Source of the DNA: Methanobacterium sp.
Lineage (GTDB): Archaea > Methanobacteriota > Methanobacteria > Methanobacteriales > Methanobacteriaceae
Direction: 5' to 3'
Assembly (NCBI GenBank): GCA_003166335.1
Contig: PMWA01000029.1
Span: 1 to 14,203, forward strand
Length of the DNA: 14,203 nt
The position numbers and the translations under genes were made by a program. This document shows, piece after piece, positions 7,145-14,203 of this stretch. The notes below the pieces were generated by a model. The model did not search any database and was not told the origin of the DNA. It saw only the letters and a program-made list of their open reading frames with translations. Numbering within the stretch: position 1 is the stretch's first letter; the number at the start of each line of letters is the position of its first letter.

Positions 7145-7876
7145 ATGGCAAATGAAGGAATTGTTGAATCAAAAGAAGAAATGAAAAAGAAGATGGAAGA
7201 TAAAAAGAAGATGGATGAAATAAAAGAAATTGCTTCTGAAAAGAAAAAAGATATCAAAAAGAAAGCTGGCGAAGTTAAAAAAGGAATTAATGAAAAAAAG
7301 GGGGATATAACTGAAAATATAGAACAAGTAAAAGAAGGAGCTTCTGAAAAGAAAGAAGAGGTTGAAAAAAAAGCTGGTGAAGTGAAAGATGAAGCAGTTA
7401 AGCAGAAAGAGAAATTAGAAAAGGAAAGCGAAGAAGAAGGTAGAAATCCCGCTGAAAAAGTGTTAACTGATATTATAAATAATTTCCGTCAGAGAACGGG
7501 AGAATTCAATGAAACTTACGGTAGTGGAAGTGAATCTAAAAAAATGAAAACTCCAGAAAAGCCATTAGTAGATGTTTTGGAAACTAATGAAAATATAATA
7601 ATTATAGCTGATATTTCTGGAGTTAAAAAAGAAGACATAGATATTGCTGTTTCAAAAACTAATGTAACCATCACCACAAATTTCAAGGATGAAATCCCAA
7701 TTGAAGATGCTGAATTCATTCAAAAAGAGAGAAGTTACGGGGAAACTAAGCGTTCTATAGATTTATCAACTCCAATAAAAAGTAATGAAGCCACCGCAAA
7801 CTTCAAAAAATGCACATTAATCATTACATTACCTAAAACTGAAAAAGATGTAATTACCAAGGTGGAAGTTGGTTAA
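7145..7876 (+). CDS. Hsp20/alpha-crystallin protein with a long N-terminal Lys/Glu-rich repeat extension
   Basis: C-terminal domain PLVDVLETNENIIIIADISGVKKEDI...KERSYGETKRSIDL...LIITLPK...KVEV. The N-terminal ~100 aa are K/E-rich with 18-mer repeats. RBS GAGGT. Confidence 0.93.
   Translation: MANEGIVESKEEMKKKMEDKKKMDEIKEIASEKKKDIKKKAGEVKKGINEKKGDITENIEQVKEGASEKKEEVEKKAGEVKDEAVKQKEKLEKESEEEGRNPAEKVLTDIINNFRQRTGEFNETYGSGSESKKMKTPEKPLVDVLETNENIIIIADISGVKKEDIDIAVSKTNVTITTNFKDEIPIEDAEFIQKERSYGETKRSIDLSTPIKSNEATANFKKCTLIITLPKTEKDVITKVEVG
7232..7393 (+). repeat. Three tandem 18-aa (54-bp) intragenic repeats
   Basis: ASEKKKDIKKKAGEVKKG / INEKKGDITENIEQVKEG / ASEKKEEVEKKAGEVKDE. At DNA level GCTTCTGAAAAGAAA recurs at 7232 and 7340 (108 bp apart). 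Confidence 0.8.
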
Positions 7877-7900
7877 ATAAAGAATTCAATATAAATTAAA

Positions 7901-7916
7901 TTTTTTTTCTTTTTTC
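7901..7916 (+). terminator. Oligo-T terminator candidate after the second Hsp20
   Basis: TTTTTTTTCTTTTTTC 25 nt after the stop codon. Confidence 0.45.
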
Positions 7917-7969
7917 TGAAATCAGTTTATTTTTTTATAAATGGAAAATTTTAGGAGAGTGTATTTTTT

Positions 7970-8416
7970 ATGGCGTCAGATAGTGATAAAGTAAAAATTA
8001 CGGGTAAATGGGAAGCTGAATGGAAAACAAATTGGAAAGAAGATTGGAAAAAATATCATAAAGAAAAATGGGATAAAAGTTATAAAAACGGTGAATGGAA
8101 TAAAGATTGGGAAGGTTATTGGAAGCAATTCTGGGATAAAAAATGGAATGAAGGAGACTGGAATAAGGATTGGGAAGGTTATTGGAAGCAATTCTGGAGT
8201 AAAAAATGGACTCATCAGAATATGCAGAAAGTACAACCATCTATGGGTAAAATAATGAAAGAAATGTGGAAAATGCAAAATAAGACTTCCAAGCTCATAG
8301 TATTATTAGCAAGTAAAAAAGACGATGAGAAGTTCAAAGAAGAAATAAATGACTTAGAAAACACCATAAAAGATCTTCAAATGAAAATAGATAAACAATA
8401 CGATGATTTAAAATAA
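7970..8416 (+). CDS. Trp-rich repeat protein with C-terminal coiled coil (148 aa, hypothetical)
   Basis: AGGAGAG RBS; 16 Trp, mostly at i+4 spacing; 21-aa tandem repeats whose nucleotide differences include synonymous changes (GGT/GGA, AAA/AAG), which supports this reading frame; heptad C-terminus FKEEINDLENTIKDLQMKIDKQYDDLK. Confidence 0.85.
   Translation: MASDSDKVKITGKWEAEWKTNWKEDWKKYHKEKWDKSYKNGEWNKDWEGYWKQFWDKKWNEGDWNKDWEGYWKQFWSKKWTHQNMQKVQPSMGKIMKEMWKMQNKTSKLIVLLASKKDDEKFKEEINDLENTIKDLQMKIDKQYDDLK
8090..8215 (+). repeat. Near-identical 63-bp tandem duplication (2 copies), with a more diverged third copy upstream
   Basis: GGTGAATGGAATAAAGATTGGGAAGGTTATTGGAAGCAATTCTGGGATAAAAAATGG at 8090 versus GGAGACTGGAATAAGGATTGGGAAGGTTATTGGAAGCAATTCTGGAGTAAAAAATGG at 8153. 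Confidence 0.95.
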
Positions 8417-8622
8417 ATAAAAAAGAAATTTTCATTAAAAGTAAAATCATTATTTTCTACATTTAAATTATTTATCTAGAAAACCGCCAAAATCTGAAAT
8501 AATCACACTAATCTGATATTTTCTGTGATTTTTCCATATTTTTTTTATTTTCTGTGTCGATTTTATGAATTAAACAATAAATGTGTTTAAAATTTTTAAG
8601 GAATAAAATGAGATTTATTTGA

Positions 8623-8663
8623 ATGGGGGATGGAAATAGTGGAAATTCTGAAACCATCCCCAT
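8623..8663. other. GC-rich intergenic inverted repeat/hairpin
   Basis: GGGGATGG (8626-8633) pairs perfectly with CCATCCCC (8654-8661) around a 20-nt loop, and extends to AT..AT with one bulge. It stands out in a very AT-rich spacer. Confidence 0.6.
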
Positions 8664-8984
8664 ATAGTAGTTATAACCTTTTTTTATTTAAAATTTATTA
8701 ATTTCTTTATTCATTTTTAATCTTATCCTGTGGGATATGTTGAGCAAATGCATAAATATATAAAATTATTAATTCAAAACCAATAGCTTATTATTGTTTA
8801 GATGAGATATTAAGCCTAAATCTATGTAGATATTTTTTAGAATAATTTGTTAGAATATAAGAATATTTTATATTATTTTTATAAATGATCAACCAAAAAA
8901 AATAATAAAAATTTTCTATAAGCGCTTACTTTTTTAGTAAACATGTATTTACAGGTCTGAAATGCATTTTAATAATTAAGGGGG

Positions 8985-9485
8985 ATGTTTTACGTGCAGA
9001 TTTTATATGAAGAAAAATTATCATCCATATGGATAACAATTATATTCTTATTTATTTCGTTAATTTTTCTTTTCTTGATTTTATATCAGGTTTTCATAGG
9101 ACCTTTAGGAAATAATCCTGCTCCAAACTGGGTTTTAACGATTATATTTTTGGTCTTTTTATTTTTGTCTTTCAACTTCATTAGATTAGTTATTCAAATC
9201 ACCCCGCAGTTCATAATTGTTGGTTATGGAATTTTCAAGCACAAAATAGCCTTAGAAAATATTGAAGACATTAATAGGGATAAATCTTTGTTTATCAAAT
9301 ATGGTGGATGGGGTATACGATTCGGAAGATCTGAAGGGAAAAGGTATATGGCTTACACTATTCCTGAAGCTTCTAATGTAGCTTTATTGATTAAAAAAGG
9401 AAGATTCAGGAAATTCATATTCTCCACTAAAAATCCGGATGAATTAATAAATATAATAAATCAAATTGCAGAAAAAAGATTTTGA
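8985..9485 (+). CDS. Membrane protein, 2 TM helices plus a PH-like soluble domain with YGGWGIR motif (DUF6141/bacterial PH-like)
   Basis: Two hydrophobic helices, then 'I.LENI', KYGGWGIR and FSTKNPDEL. The AGGGGG RBS (8979-8984) abuts the ATG and is better spaced to GTG 8994, the likelier start. Confidence 0.85.
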   Translation: MFYVQILYEEKLSSIWITIIFLFISLIFLFLILYQVFIGPLGNNPAPNWVLTIIFLVFLFLSFNFIRLVIQITPQFIIVGYGIFKHKIALENIEDINRDKSLFIKYGGWGIRFGRSEGKRYMAYTIPEASNVALLIKKGRFRKFIFSTKNPDELINIINQIAEKRF

Positions 9486-9624
9486 ACCAACGATAAGCTA
9501 TAAAACAAACAAATAGGAGGAAGTGAAAATATGACCCCCTGGGGTAAACTGTTTAGCATTAATTAGTCTTAATCAGAAGACTGTGAACTTTTAGCAATTA
9601 TAATTGTAGATAATTAGTATTTAT

Positions 9625-12042
9625 TCATATTAAATGTTGAATATTTTGTTTTAAAGGGATGGTGAAGTAGAAGGTTGAACCTTCTCCAAGTTCTGATTCA
9701 ACCCAGATTCGACCGCCGTTACGGTCCACTATTTTTTGGCAGATAGCCAATCCTATACCTGTTCCATCATATTCCTCTTTAGTGTGCAATCTCTTAAATA
9801 CCTTGAAAATACGTTTATAATGTTCTGGATCAATGCCTATACCATTGTCACTTACCCCAAAAATCCAATTCTCCTCATCTTTTTCTGCGGATATGTGGAT
9901 ACGTGGCATTTTATCGTTGTATTTAATAGCATTTCCAATTATATTTTGGAAGAGCTGCTGCATCTGCAACCGATCTGAACTGATTATGGGTAGCGGATCT
10001 CTGGTTATAATCGCTTTATTTTCTTTTATGATTATTTCTAGATTGAAAAGAACTTCTTCTATTAGTTCCTCACAATTAATTTCAATAAAATCTTCGTCGT
10101 GGGATTTGACCCTTGAATAGGTTAAGAGATCTTTGATCAACGCTTGCATCCTTTTAGCACCATCCACAGCAAAATTAATATACTCCGAGGCGGTTTCATC
10201 AAGCTTATCTTTATATTGCTTCTCTAATAACTGGGTGAAGCTTGCAACCATTCTTAATGGTTCCTGTAGGTCGTGTGATGCCACATAGGCAAATTGTTCC
10301 AGATCACTGTTGGATCTTTTGAGTTCTTCCAGTGTTTCGTTGAGTAATTTCTGGGCCTTTATAGTTTCAGTGATATCTTCAAAGGTTATATAAACCTGAA
10401 AAGGTTTTTTTTCTCTAGGTTTAAATAAAGGGGTTGCATTAACATTTATCCAATTATAATTTTCTTTTTGAGGGTTGAAAACACCCATGACTACATTTCT
10501 TACTTCTTTCCCTGTTTTTAAGGCAATCATAGATGGGTGTGTTTCTGCTGGAAAATCAGTTCCATCTTCATGTATAGCTTTGCAGTGATAATTAGAAGTT
10601 TCACCCTGCATAGTGTAATGATTTAATCCCATAATCTGCTCAGCAGCAGGGTTAACAGAAATTATACGTCCCACCGAATCTTGATGAATAACACCTTGTG
10701 TCATGGTTTCATAGAGAGTTCTATATTTCTCCTCACTAGTTTGCAATTCCATCTGCATCTGTTTGCGTTTGGTTATATCTTCTATCCTTGTAAGGATGTA
10801 AACTGGTTCATCTGATGGATTTTTAACTATGTTGACATATAAATGCCCCCAGACGATTCTACCATCTTTCCGGATGTATCGTTTTTCCAGTTCAAAATCA
10901 TCTATTTTTCCTTCACGTAAAAGCTGCAGCTGTTGTAAATTTATGTCTAGATCTTCAGGGTGAGTGTACTCCGTGAATTCCATTGATAATAACTCTTCTT
11001 TTGAATATCCCAGCATGTTACTAATTGCATTATTCACATGTAAAGGATGATAATCTAAATCAACAATAGTATCACCGATGGGTGATTGATCGAATATTAA
11101 TCTGAAACGCTCTTCACTCTCACGCAGCGCGTTTTCAGCTTTCATATGCATAGTAATATCATGTATTATGGAGTAAAGAAGTTTTTCATCATTAATAATA
11201 AGGGTACCACTGTAAACATCCACATTCCGGATTTCTCCATTGGCTAAACGATGTTTAAATAAAAAATGATGATTTTTCCCTGATTTGGCTTTTGACATTT
11301 CTCCAAATATTTCTTCACTTTTAAGTACGTTAATATCCGTTATGTTCATTTCAACTAATTTTTCTAGGTCATAACCATAAAAAGAAGCAGCAGCTGGATT
11401 TGCGTCAACAAGTTCTCCAGTGCTTGGCTTAATTAAAAGCATTGGAGCATGATTATTCTTAAAAAGACTATGATACTTTCCTTCACTCTCTTTCAAAGCT
11501 TCTTCAGCATTAATTAGTTCTGTAATATTAGTCACTGTGATTCTGAAATCTATTTCATCTTTTTGGATGGGAAGTGTTTCTAAATGTGCGTGAAGATTGG
11601 TTCCATCATTTTTTATGAGATCCAATTCACAGGATTGCCCAGTGCCTGTAATTTTAACTTTCTTTAAATGTTTATAGAAAGATCTTCGAGATTCAAAATT
11701 CATATATCGGATAAATGCACTGTTAATCAGTTCTGATTTTTCAAAGCCTAATAGAACAGCACCGGTGACATTAACGTCTTTAATTATCTCCTGCTTATTT
11801 AATGAGAAATATCCGACAGGTGCAAATTCGAAAAGATCAAAATACTTTAACTTTGCTTCTTCTAATTCTTTCCAACTTCTGTTGAGTTCCTCGTTCTGCA
11901 TTTCCAGCTCAATCTGGTATGTTTGAAGTTCATGAACTAACTCAAAAAATTTATCAGAAAGAGGCATTTCCGATTTAGTATGTTCACTAAATATTTCTTC
12001 TGCCTTATCTCGAAGTCTATTACCTTTACTACTTTTAGTCAT
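9625..12042 (-). CDS. Cytoplasmic multi-PAS (4x PAS/PAC) sensor histidine kinase
   Basis: H-box FAYVASHDLQEPLR, N-box QLFQNIIGNAIKY, G1 DNGIGI, F-box IFKVFKRLH, G2 GTGIGLAIC. Four PAS units end in ITVTNIT, IIHDIT, RIEDIT and TFEDIT. N-terminal coiled coil HELQTYQIELEMQNEEL. No TM segment. Confidence 0.96.
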   Translation of the reverse strand: MTKSSKGNRLRDKAEEIFSEHTKSEMPLSDKFFELVHELQTYQIELEMQNEELNRSWKELEEAKLKYFDLFEFAPVGYFSLNKQEIIKDVNVTGAVLLGFEKSELINSAFIRYMNFESRRSFYKHLKKVKITGTGQSCELDLIKNDGTNLHAHLETLPIQKDEIDFRITVTNITELINAEEALKESEGKYHSLFKNNHAPMLLIKPSTGELVDANPAAASFYGYDLEKLVEMNITDINVLKSEEIFGEMSKAKSGKNHHFLFKHRLANGEIRNVDVYSGTLIINDEKLLYSIIHDITMHMKAENALRESEERFRLIFDQSPIGDTIVDLDYHPLHVNNAISNMLGYSKEELLSMEFTEYTHPEDLDINLQQLQLLREGKIDDFELEKRYIRKDGRIVWGHLYVNIVKNPSDEPVYILTRIEDITKRKQMQMELQTSEEKYRTLYETMTQGVIHQDSVGRIISVNPAAEQIMGLNHYTMQGETSNYHCKAIHEDGTDFPAETHPSMIALKTGKEVRNVVMGVFNPQKENYNWINVNATPLFKPREKKPFQVYITFEDITETIKAQKLLNETLEELKRSNSDLEQFAYVASHDLQEPLRMVASFTQLLEKQYKDKLDETASEYINFAVDGAKRMQALIKDLLTYSRVKSHDEDFIEINCEELIEEVLFNLEIIIKENKAIITRDPLPIISSDRLQMQQLFQNIIGNAIKYNDKMPRIHISAEKDEENWIFGVSDNGIGIDPEHYKRIFKVFKRLHTKEEYDGTGIGLAICQKIVDRNGGRIWVESELGEGSTFYFTIPLKQNIQHLI

Positions 12043-12299
12043 AATATGTTCCTAAAATAAACCTAAACATTATTTTCTTTAATAAAATCAACTCTGTAAC
12101 TTATTAAATAAACATGTTTATCATAAATAAATGGAATAAAAATTTTATTTATTCCTCATAAAGCTTCTACAAAGCTACAGAAAAACCCTTAAGCATTTTT
12201 TTATTCTCTTCGTTTTGTAACTGCTTTTTTATTGGTCATGTTTTGTTATTAACATGGGTTTTTGGCACCTTATTTAAGTTGAAAATATTTAAAATATAT

Positions 12300-12324
12300 A
12301 TGAATATAAAATAGAAATATTCAT
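12300..12324. promoter_or_regulatory. Inverted repeat, candidate TetR-family operator
   Basis: ATGAATAT-N9-ATATTCAT, a perfect 8-bp inverted repeat directly after a TATA-like TTTAAAATATATA and about 30 nt upstream of the TetR pseudogene start. Confidence 0.5.
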
Positions 12325-12352
12325 TAAAAAATCATAAGTAGAATATTTCTCT

Positions 12353-12549
12353 ATGCCGTAAACATTTACAAAAAAAGAAAAGGAAATTATTCGAAATGTT
12401 CTAATACAAAAAGGCAGGGAACTTTTCGGCAATTATGGCTTGAAAAAGACCAGTATAACTGAACTGACGATGCTGCAGGGATAACTCAGGGTACCTTTTG
12501 TAATTTTTTCGATTACAAAGAAGAATTGAAAAATGACTCAACAGATTAA
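12353..12549 (+). pseudogene. TetR/AcrR-family transcriptional regulator pseudogene
   Basis: MP*TFTKKEKEIIRNVLIQKGRELFGNYGLKKTSITEL(T)[frameshift ~12468]DAAGITQGTFCNFFDYKEEL. This is a recognisable TetR HTH with a nonsense codon at 12359-12361, a 1-bp deletion, and loss of the whole C-terminal domain after 12528. Confidence 0.92.
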
Positions 12550-12665
12550 TATGTAAAAAAAGTTGCAATGCTTATAATTTTTTAGAGTTGATTTATCTCA
12601 TTCATCAACAAATATAATATTGAATTTAAAATACATTTTTTTTATAATGGGATGGTTTATTTAAA

Positions 12666-13604
12666 ATGACTCCGCTTGAAGAAGATCCTATTGAAGCAAA
12701 ACCATTTTTGAAATGGGCTGGTGGGAAGAATCAATTATTAATGGAGTTTAACAAGATACTTCCCCAAAAAATCTTAAGAAACAAAAAAATTCATAATTAC
12801 GTCGAACCATTCGTTGGTGGAGGTGCGATGTTCTTTTTTTTAAGAAATAATTATAAAATTAAAAGATCAATGTTAATTGATGTTAACCGAGAGTTAATAT
12901 TGGGATATAAAGTTATTCAGAATAATTATAAAGAATTAATACATGAATTACATGTATTAAAAGATGATTATCTTTCAAAATCAGAGGAGATTCGAAAGGA
13001 TTATTATTATGAAATTAGGAGTGCTTATAATCATCAGATGACTGATTTTGATTATAATAACTATAATAATGAATGGATAGATAGAGCAGTATATCTGATT
13101 TTTCTCAATAAAACAGGTTTTAATGGATTATTCAGACAGAATAGTAAAAGTGAATTTAATGTTCCTATGGGCCGCTATAAAAATCCTAAAATATGTGATG
13201 AAGGGAATATAATTAAAGTTAACAGGTCTTTAAAAAATACTCTAATTATTTGCGGTGATTTTACCCTTGCAGAGGAGTATATTAACAAGAAAAGTTTTGT
13301 ATATTTTGATCCACCTTATAGGCCCCTAAACAAGACCTCCAATTTCACTAGTTATGCTAAAGAGGGTTTTACAGATTATGATCAAAAGAGATTAGCTGAA
13401 TTCTATAGGAAAATGGCTAATAAAGGTGCTTTTTTGATGCTAAGCAATTCAGATCCGAAGAATAACAATCCAAATGATAACTTTATCGATGAGTTATATA
13501 ATGGATTCAATATTAAAAGAGTACCCGCCCGGAGAATTATCAATTGTGATGCCTCAAAAAGAGGCGAATTAAATGAAATAATAATAAGAAATTATTTGAA
13601 GTAA
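12666..13604 (+). CDS. dam: Dam-family (D12 class, alpha group) DNA adenine-N6 methyltransferase
   Basis: PFLKWAGGK, motif I YVEPFVGGG, TRD FNGLFRQNSKSEFNVPMG, motif IV VYFDPPY, MLSNS, and C-terminal E.IIRNY. GATC specificity is inferred from family, not shown. Confidence 0.95.
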   Translation: MTPLEEDPIEAKPFLKWAGGKNQLLMEFNKILPQKILRNKKIHNYVEPFVGGGAMFFFLRNNYKIKRSMLIDVNRELILGYKVIQNNYKELIHELHVLKDDYLSKSEEIRKDYYYEIRSAYNHQMTDFDYNNYNNEWIDRAVYLIFLNKTGFNGLFRQNSKSEFNVPMGRYKNPKICDEGNIIKVNRSLKNTLIICGDFTLAEEYINKKSFVYFDPPYRPLNKTSNFTSYAKEGFTDYDQKRLAEFYRKMANKGAFLMLSNSDPKNNNPNDNFIDELYNGFNIKRVPARRIINCDASKRGELNEIIIRNYLK

Positions 13605-13692
13605 GTAAGAGAAACCAAAATTTTTATACATCTTTAGACAGTAATTGTATTAGTTAAGTTAAAAACTACTAAATAATTTGGAATTTATTAAC

Positions 13693-14203
13693 ATGAGTGA
13701 ATTATCAATCAAACTAATTGAATCCCTGAAAACTATGGGTTTAGCTGAATATGAAGCTAAAGTATACTCTACACTAGTATTATTTGAGCGAGCTGAGGTT
13801 AAACGAATTTATGAATACTTAAATATACCTAAACCTAGTGTATATCAAAGTTTGAAAGGTTTAATGGATAAAGGATTAGTAATGATGGTTAGTTCAAAAC
13901 CTGCTATTTATAAGGCAGTGCCTCCCAGAATAGCTCTTAGAAGTTTGATAAGAATCCGTGAAGATGCAAAAAAAATTGCTCTAGAAGAATTAGAGCGTAT
14001 TGAAAAAAGTAATATTGAAATTGAAGACTCTTATATTATATGGACTCTTTTTGGTGAAAATAATGTAGAACACAGCATGGAAGAATTAATGTGTAAAGCA
14101 CAAAAGTCAATGAAACTCGTTCTTCCCGAAGAATACCTAAATTATCTCTCCTTCGCAAGCAATAAAGACTTAAAAATCGAATTAATAATGTTTGGAAAAG
14201 ACA
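13693..14203 (+). CDS. TrmB-family transcriptional regulator (3'-truncated by the window)
   Basis: Open frame to the window end: MSELSIKLIESLKTMGLAEYEAKVYSTLV...IPKPSVYQSLKGLMDKGLV...KPAIYKAVPP...IWTLFG. GLxEYEAKVY and P..Y.AVPP are TrmB wHTH hallmarks. Absent from the ORF track because there is no stop in the window. Confidence 0.93.
   Translation, partial: MSELSIKLIESLKTMGLAEYEAKVYSTLVLFERAEVKRIYEYLNIPKPSVYQSLKGLMDKGLVMMVSSKPAIYKAVPPRIALRSLIRIREDAKKIALEELERIEKSNIEIEDSYIIWTLFGENNVEHSMEELMCKAQKSMKLVLPEEYLNYLSFASNKDLKIELIMFGKD

Noticed and set aside
6140..7719. Track ORFs 6140..6334, 6690..6995 and 7516..7719 (all -)
   Set aside because: Antisense to the Hsp20 genes and to the + strand micro-ORFs, which have RBSs and coherent protein features.
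5865..7876. Hsp20-like plus charged repeat proteins as a gas vesicle cluster (GvpH/GvpC-like)
   Set aside because: No GvpA/J/M, GvpN or GvpF/L sequences are visible, and both proteins look like ordinary alpha-crystallin domains with IXI-type tails.
8090..8215. 63-bp duplication as a mini CRISPR array or DGR template/variable repeat pair
   Set aside because: The copies are directly adjacent, in frame and inside a CDS, with no unique spacers. No cas or reverse transcriptase gene is in the window.
7976..8278. Track ORFs 7976..8278 and 7998..8240 (-), Phe/Pro/Ile-rich
   Set aside because: Mirror images of the Trp/Lys-rich + strand gene. The + frame has the RBS and synonymous variation between repeats.
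8495..8535. Inverted repeat AATCACA-N16-TGTGATT (8501-8530)
   Set aside because: Short and AT-rich, with no associated promoter or gene start; cannot be told apart from background.
9736..10120. Track ORFs 9736..9978 and 9833..10120 (+)
   Set aside because: Antisense to the conserved HATPase domain of the histidine kinase.
9625..12042. Histidine kinase as a phytochrome or LOV photoreceptor
   Set aside because: The kinase core resembles that subfamily, but there is no GAF/PHY domain and no NCRFLQ LOV motif.
12060..12290. Possible short or decayed ORFs upstream of the histidine kinase (- strand, AGGTG followed by ATGs)
   Set aside because: The frames close within 8-12 codons and show no recognisable similarity.

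Overview
AT-rich archaeal-looking DNA, most consistent with a Methanobacterium-type methanogen. This is inferred from GGAG/GGTGA ribosome-binding sites, BRE/TATA-like promoters, oligo-T terminators and a TrmB regulator. From left to right: the 3' end of a 2x[4Fe-4S] protein; a secreted Q/N-rich 13-mer repeat protein; a hypothetical protein; an ABC-2-type exporter pair preceded by a remnant of a second ABC ATPase; then a co-oriented + strand cluster at 4057-8416. That cluster holds an ABC1/UbiB/AarF atypical kinase, Hsp20, two or three micro-ORFs missed by the ORF track (a 27-aa single-TM peptide, a possible 34-aa peptide and a 48-aa CsbD/LEA-like 11-mer repeat protein), a second Hsp20 fused to an 18-mer charged repeat, and a Trp-periodic 21-mer repeat protein. 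After it come a YGGWGIR-motif membrane protein, a soluble 4xPAS histidine kinase, a TetR pseudogene that keeps an operator-like inverted repeat, an apparently orphan Dam-family adenine methyltransferase, and the 5' part of a TrmB-family regulator. The best candidate for an undescribed system is the kinase/Hsp20/hydrophilin/Trp-repeat cluster, inferred to be a stress, desiccation or membrane/lipid-protection module. No rRNA, tRNA, CRISPR array or intact mobile element was seen. No database searches were run, so all family calls rest on motif recognition.
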